From assembly GCA_000388065.2 (NCBI GenBank), contig KB932201.1: 64,000 nucleotides of DNA. The stretch is one strand, 5' to 3'. Position 1 is the stretch's first letter, and every line of letters starts with the position of its first letter. The notes beneath the pieces were generated by a model. The model saw nothing but the letters and a program-made list of their open reading frames with translations, had not been told where the DNA came from and searched no databases. Positions 61,307 to 64,000 of the stretch are shown here, one piece after another. The DNA is from Fonticula alba ATCC 38817 (taxonomy: Eukaryota; Protista; Nucleariida). Both the position numbers and the translations under genes were made by a program.

Positions 61307-64000
61307 ATGGTCAGCTTTTCCGTCCTGCGGGCTGTCGGGCTGCCGGCCGCCTCACGCAGCCTCCTTGCACCGGCGATCCTCCTGGTGCTGGTGCTACTCA
61401 ACCTGGGTCACATCCAGGCGGCGCCTCTGTCTCGGCGCACGGCCTCCACCGCCGCCGTCAGTGTCGGTGCCAATGCCACGCCGCCGATCGCGGCGCTGAA
61501 TGAGAACTGTTGGCACCCCTGCCTGGAATGCAGCACCGCCGATGACTACAGCTGCCTCTCCTGTGCCTCGGGCTATGCTCTGCTTGACACCGGGCTTTGC
61601 AGCCCCTGCCGCAGCAGCTGCTCGCAGTACACGCATAACATGTGCACCTGCGCCAACTGCAACTATCCCCTGGTGCCGGACAACATGTCCGGCTGCGGGT
61701 GTCCGCTCGGCACCCGGCGCATTGACAACCCTGTCAATGCCGATGACCCGGGCACCTGCTGCCACAATTCCTGCGGCAACTCCTGCTCTGACACCGGGGC
61801 CAACCACTGCCTCTCTTGCCCGGCCTCCGCCGCGGGCCGGGCCTTCTTCAAGTCCCCGCCGGATGCCGGGACCCCCGGGCCGTGCCTTCGGTGCCATGTG
61901 TCTTGCAGCGCGTGCATTGACGCGCCGTCGACCGGTTGCACCACTTGCGGCGCTTCCGAGGCCACTCGTTTGAAGTTGGTGGATGGTCAGCCGCAGCCGG
62001 CCGGCTCCGGCGAGGCTGGCTACTGCCGTTGTCCGGTCGGTTCCTTCCTGCAGGATGTCCAGCCATACCAGTGCAAGAGTTGCCCCCCCGAGGCCCACCC
62101 CCATTGCGTGGCTTTTGTGGATCTATCCGCCCAGCCTGGCATCGATCAGACCCAAGGCGCCGCCTGCCAGTGTGCTCGCTGCGAGCCTGGCTTCCACGTT
62201 GAGGCCGGGCATTGCGTTGCCTGTCCGGCGGACCGTGGCTGCCTCGTCTGGGCCGAGGACTCGGATGTCTGTGCCTGTGCCACGTGCCAGCTGGGCCTGC
62301 AGCCGGCCGGCTACGATGGCGATGGATCTTCGGCCGCCTCTGGGTCTGCGCCATCGGGCTCGTCTGGCGGCTCGACCTCCGGGTCGGCCTCCGGGTCTGC
62401 TCCTGGATCGGCCTCCGGGTCGGCTCCTGGGTCGGCCTCTGGCTCGGCTCCTGGGTCGGCCTCTGGCTCGGCTCCTGGGTCGGCCTCTGGCTCGGCTTCC
62501 GGGTCTGCTGCTGGTTTGGCCTCCGGCCTGGCCCAAGAGGAGGATCCTCTGGGGCCGATCTGCGTCGCCTGCTACAATGTCGATGTCTGTCTTTCTTTCG
62601 TGCCGGTTGAGGGATCTTCCTCATCGGGTTCCACCAGTGGGGGCTCTGCTCCTGGCTCGACCCCTGGTTCCGAGTCGGCCCCCGGGGCCGGTCTTGCGTC
62701 TACCCCGGCCGGCTCTCTCTCCAGCCTCTTCATCCCGCCGGAGTCCTGCTTCTGCCATCTGTGCGCCCCACAGCACACGGCCTCGGCGGCCGGTGTTTGT
62801 GAGCCATGTGCCGCAGTCAGCCACTGTCACGCGCATCTGGACACGCCGAACGTGTGCGGCTGTGCCTCCTGCTCCGGGGGGTTCCAACTGGCCGGGCCGT
62901 TGTCCTGCGATGCCTGTCCTCGGGACAACTGCTCTCTCTTCACCAGCACCCCGGACTCGTGTGACTGTGATGAGTGTGACCTCGGTTTCGAGCTTCTCTT
63001 CCCTGGGGACACCTCCGCCAGCACTCCTGGCGAGACTAGCGGCAGTGGTGGCACTTCTTCGCCAGGGTCGTCGTCTGGCTCGACTTCGGCCTCGGCGTCG
63101 GCCTCGGCTTCGGCTTCGGCTTCGACTTCGGCTTCGGCCTCGGCTTCGGCCTCGACCTCGGCCTCGGCTTCGGCCTCGGCTTCGGCCTCGACCTCGGCCT
63201 CGGCTTCGGCTTCGGCTTCGGCCTCGGCTTCTGCGCCGGACGCCCCTTCCGGCGCCCAAGTGTCCTCGGGCCCGGTATCCTGTGTGGAGTGCCACAACGC
63301 CGCTGGTTGTGCGGAATTCCTGGCCGAGACGCCGAACGCCTGCGTGTGTGTCAGTTGCGAGGCCGGGTTTGCCCTGTCCCAGACAATGCCCGGCAGCTGC
63401 GAGCCCTGTGTCCTGCAGCCCGGGTGCGCGGCTCTCGACACCACTACCCCGGGTGTGTGTGCCTGCACCGGTTGTGAGGCCGGGCACTTCGAGGAGTCCA
63501 GCAACAACCCCGGCCAGCCGACAATCTGCACGCCTTGCGATGGGTCCTGCTCCGAGTGTGCTGGCCCCGGGCCGGACATGTGCACCGTCTGTCCGGACGC
63601 CGAGCACCTTGTTCCCCCGGCCACCGGGGGGTTCTGCTTCTCCTGCCCAGCCAAGCACTTCGGTGACATGGCCACCGGCGAGTGTCATGCCTGCGCAGTC
63701 TCCTGTGCGGAGTGCACCGGCCCCGACCCCGAGCACTGCCTGTCTTGTGTGGCGGATGGCGCCTCGCTGGTTCCCCTGGACTCCAGCTCGGCGGGCCGGT
63801 GCCTGTGCTCCCCTGGCTCGGAGTTCACCGGCAGCGCGTGCCGGCAGTGCGCGACAGGGGAGTTCTTCGTGGCGGATGATGGGCGCGAGGGTGGCGGTGT
63901 GTGTGGCACCTGTGCGGCCGAGTGCGAGACTTGCTCAACGGCGGACTCTTGCCTCACTTGCCGGGAGGGCTTCGGCCAGGCCGGCTCGACGGTCGAGGAC
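61307..64000 (+). CDS. Secreted or cell-surface cysteine-rich furin-like (FU/GF-receptor Cys-rich) repeat protein, 3' partial
   Basis: An uninterrupted frame of 898 codons runs to the window end and is absent from the ORF track because it has no stop. It has a signal-peptide-like segment (LLAPAILLVLVLLNLGHIQA), many CxxC repeats (CHVSCSAC..GCTTC, CDGSCSECAGPGPDMCTVC, CAAECETCSTADSCLTC) and Ser/Gly/Ala linkers. Confidence 0.85.
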   Translation, partial: MVSFSVLRAVGLPAASRSLLAPAILLVLVLLNLGHIQAAPLSRRTASTAAVSVGANATPPIAALNENCWHPCLECSTADDYSCLSCASGYALLDTGLCSPCRSSCSQYTHNMCTCANCNYPLVPDNMSGCGCPLGTRRIDNPVNADDPGTCCHNSCGNSCSDTGANHCLSCPASAAGRAFFKSPPDAGTPGPCLRCHVSCSACIDAPSTGCTTCGASEATRLKLVDGQPQPAGSGEAGYCRCPVGSFLQDVQPYQCKSCPPEAHPHCVAFVDLSAQPGIDQTQGAACQCARCEPGFHVEAGHCVACPADRGCLVWAEDSDVCACATCQLGLQPAGYDGDGSSAASGSAPSGSSGGSTSGSASGSAPGSASGSAPGSASGSAPGSASGSAPGSASGSASGSAAGLASGLAQEEDPLGPICVACYNVDVCLSFVPVEGSSSSGSTSGGSAPGSTPGSESAPGAGLASTPAGSLSSLFIPPESCFCHLCAPQHTASAAGVCEPCAAVSHCHAHLDTPNVCGCASCSGGFQLAGPLSCDACPRDNCSLFTSTPDSCDCDECDLGFELLFPGDTSASTPGETSGSGGTSSPGSSSGSTSASASASASASASTSASASASASTSASASASASASTSASASASASASASAPDAPSGAQVSSGPVSCVECHNAAGCAEFLAETPNACVCVSCEAGFALSQTMPGSCEPCVLQPGCAALDTTTPGVCACTGCEAGHFEESSNNPGQPTICTPCDGSCSECAGPGPDMCTVCPDAEHLVPPATGGFCFSCPAKHFGDMATGECHACAVSCAECTGPDPEHCLSCVADGASLVPLDSSSAGRCLCSPGSEFTGSACRQCATGEFFVADDGREGGGVCGTCAAECETCSTADSCLTCREGFGQAGSTVED

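Noticed and set aside
1-64000. tRNA, rRNA, CRISPR arrays, selenoprotein TGA/SECIS, PTS1 read-through
   Set aside because: No tRNA arms, rRNA motifs, repeat-spacer arrays or conserved in-frame TGA were recognised by eye. A formal scan was not possible.

Overview
Eukaryotic, GC-rich, intron-rich draft-genome window with many N gaps. The organism is probably a unicellular opisthokont of the Holomycota/Fonticula type. This is inferred from the Mcm1-like MADS box, the furin-repeat surface protein and the intron style, and has not been verified. Twelve protein-coding loci were reconstructed by hand across GT-AG introns. Nine have recognisable products: PUF6/PUM3 (+), PEX13 (-), SEC63 (-), a WD40 protein (-), a double REM-CDC25 RasGEF (+), a Kv-beta-type aldo-keto reductase (-), an SRF/MCM1 MADS factor (-), V-ATPase subunit c (+) and GAPVD1 (RasGAP+VPS9, -). 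One is the 5' part of a secreted or surface Cys-rich furin-like repeat protein (+). The rest are weaker orphan ORFs. No tRNA, rRNA, CRISPR array or intact mobile element was recognised. The most notable observations are: (1) 5' splice sites follow GTNCG(T/C), with no +4 A among the donors I could confirm by reading frame; (2) SEC63 ends in a His-rich GHSH tail; (3) the RasGEF has one canonical and one degenerate catalytic module; (4) the surface protein carries an (SA)n/ST tract resembling bacterial serine-rich-repeat adhesins; (5) a TATA-driven spliced unit at about 40.6-41.2 kb has no credible ORF; (6) Illumina adapter sequence inside the WD40 gene creates false internal duplications.
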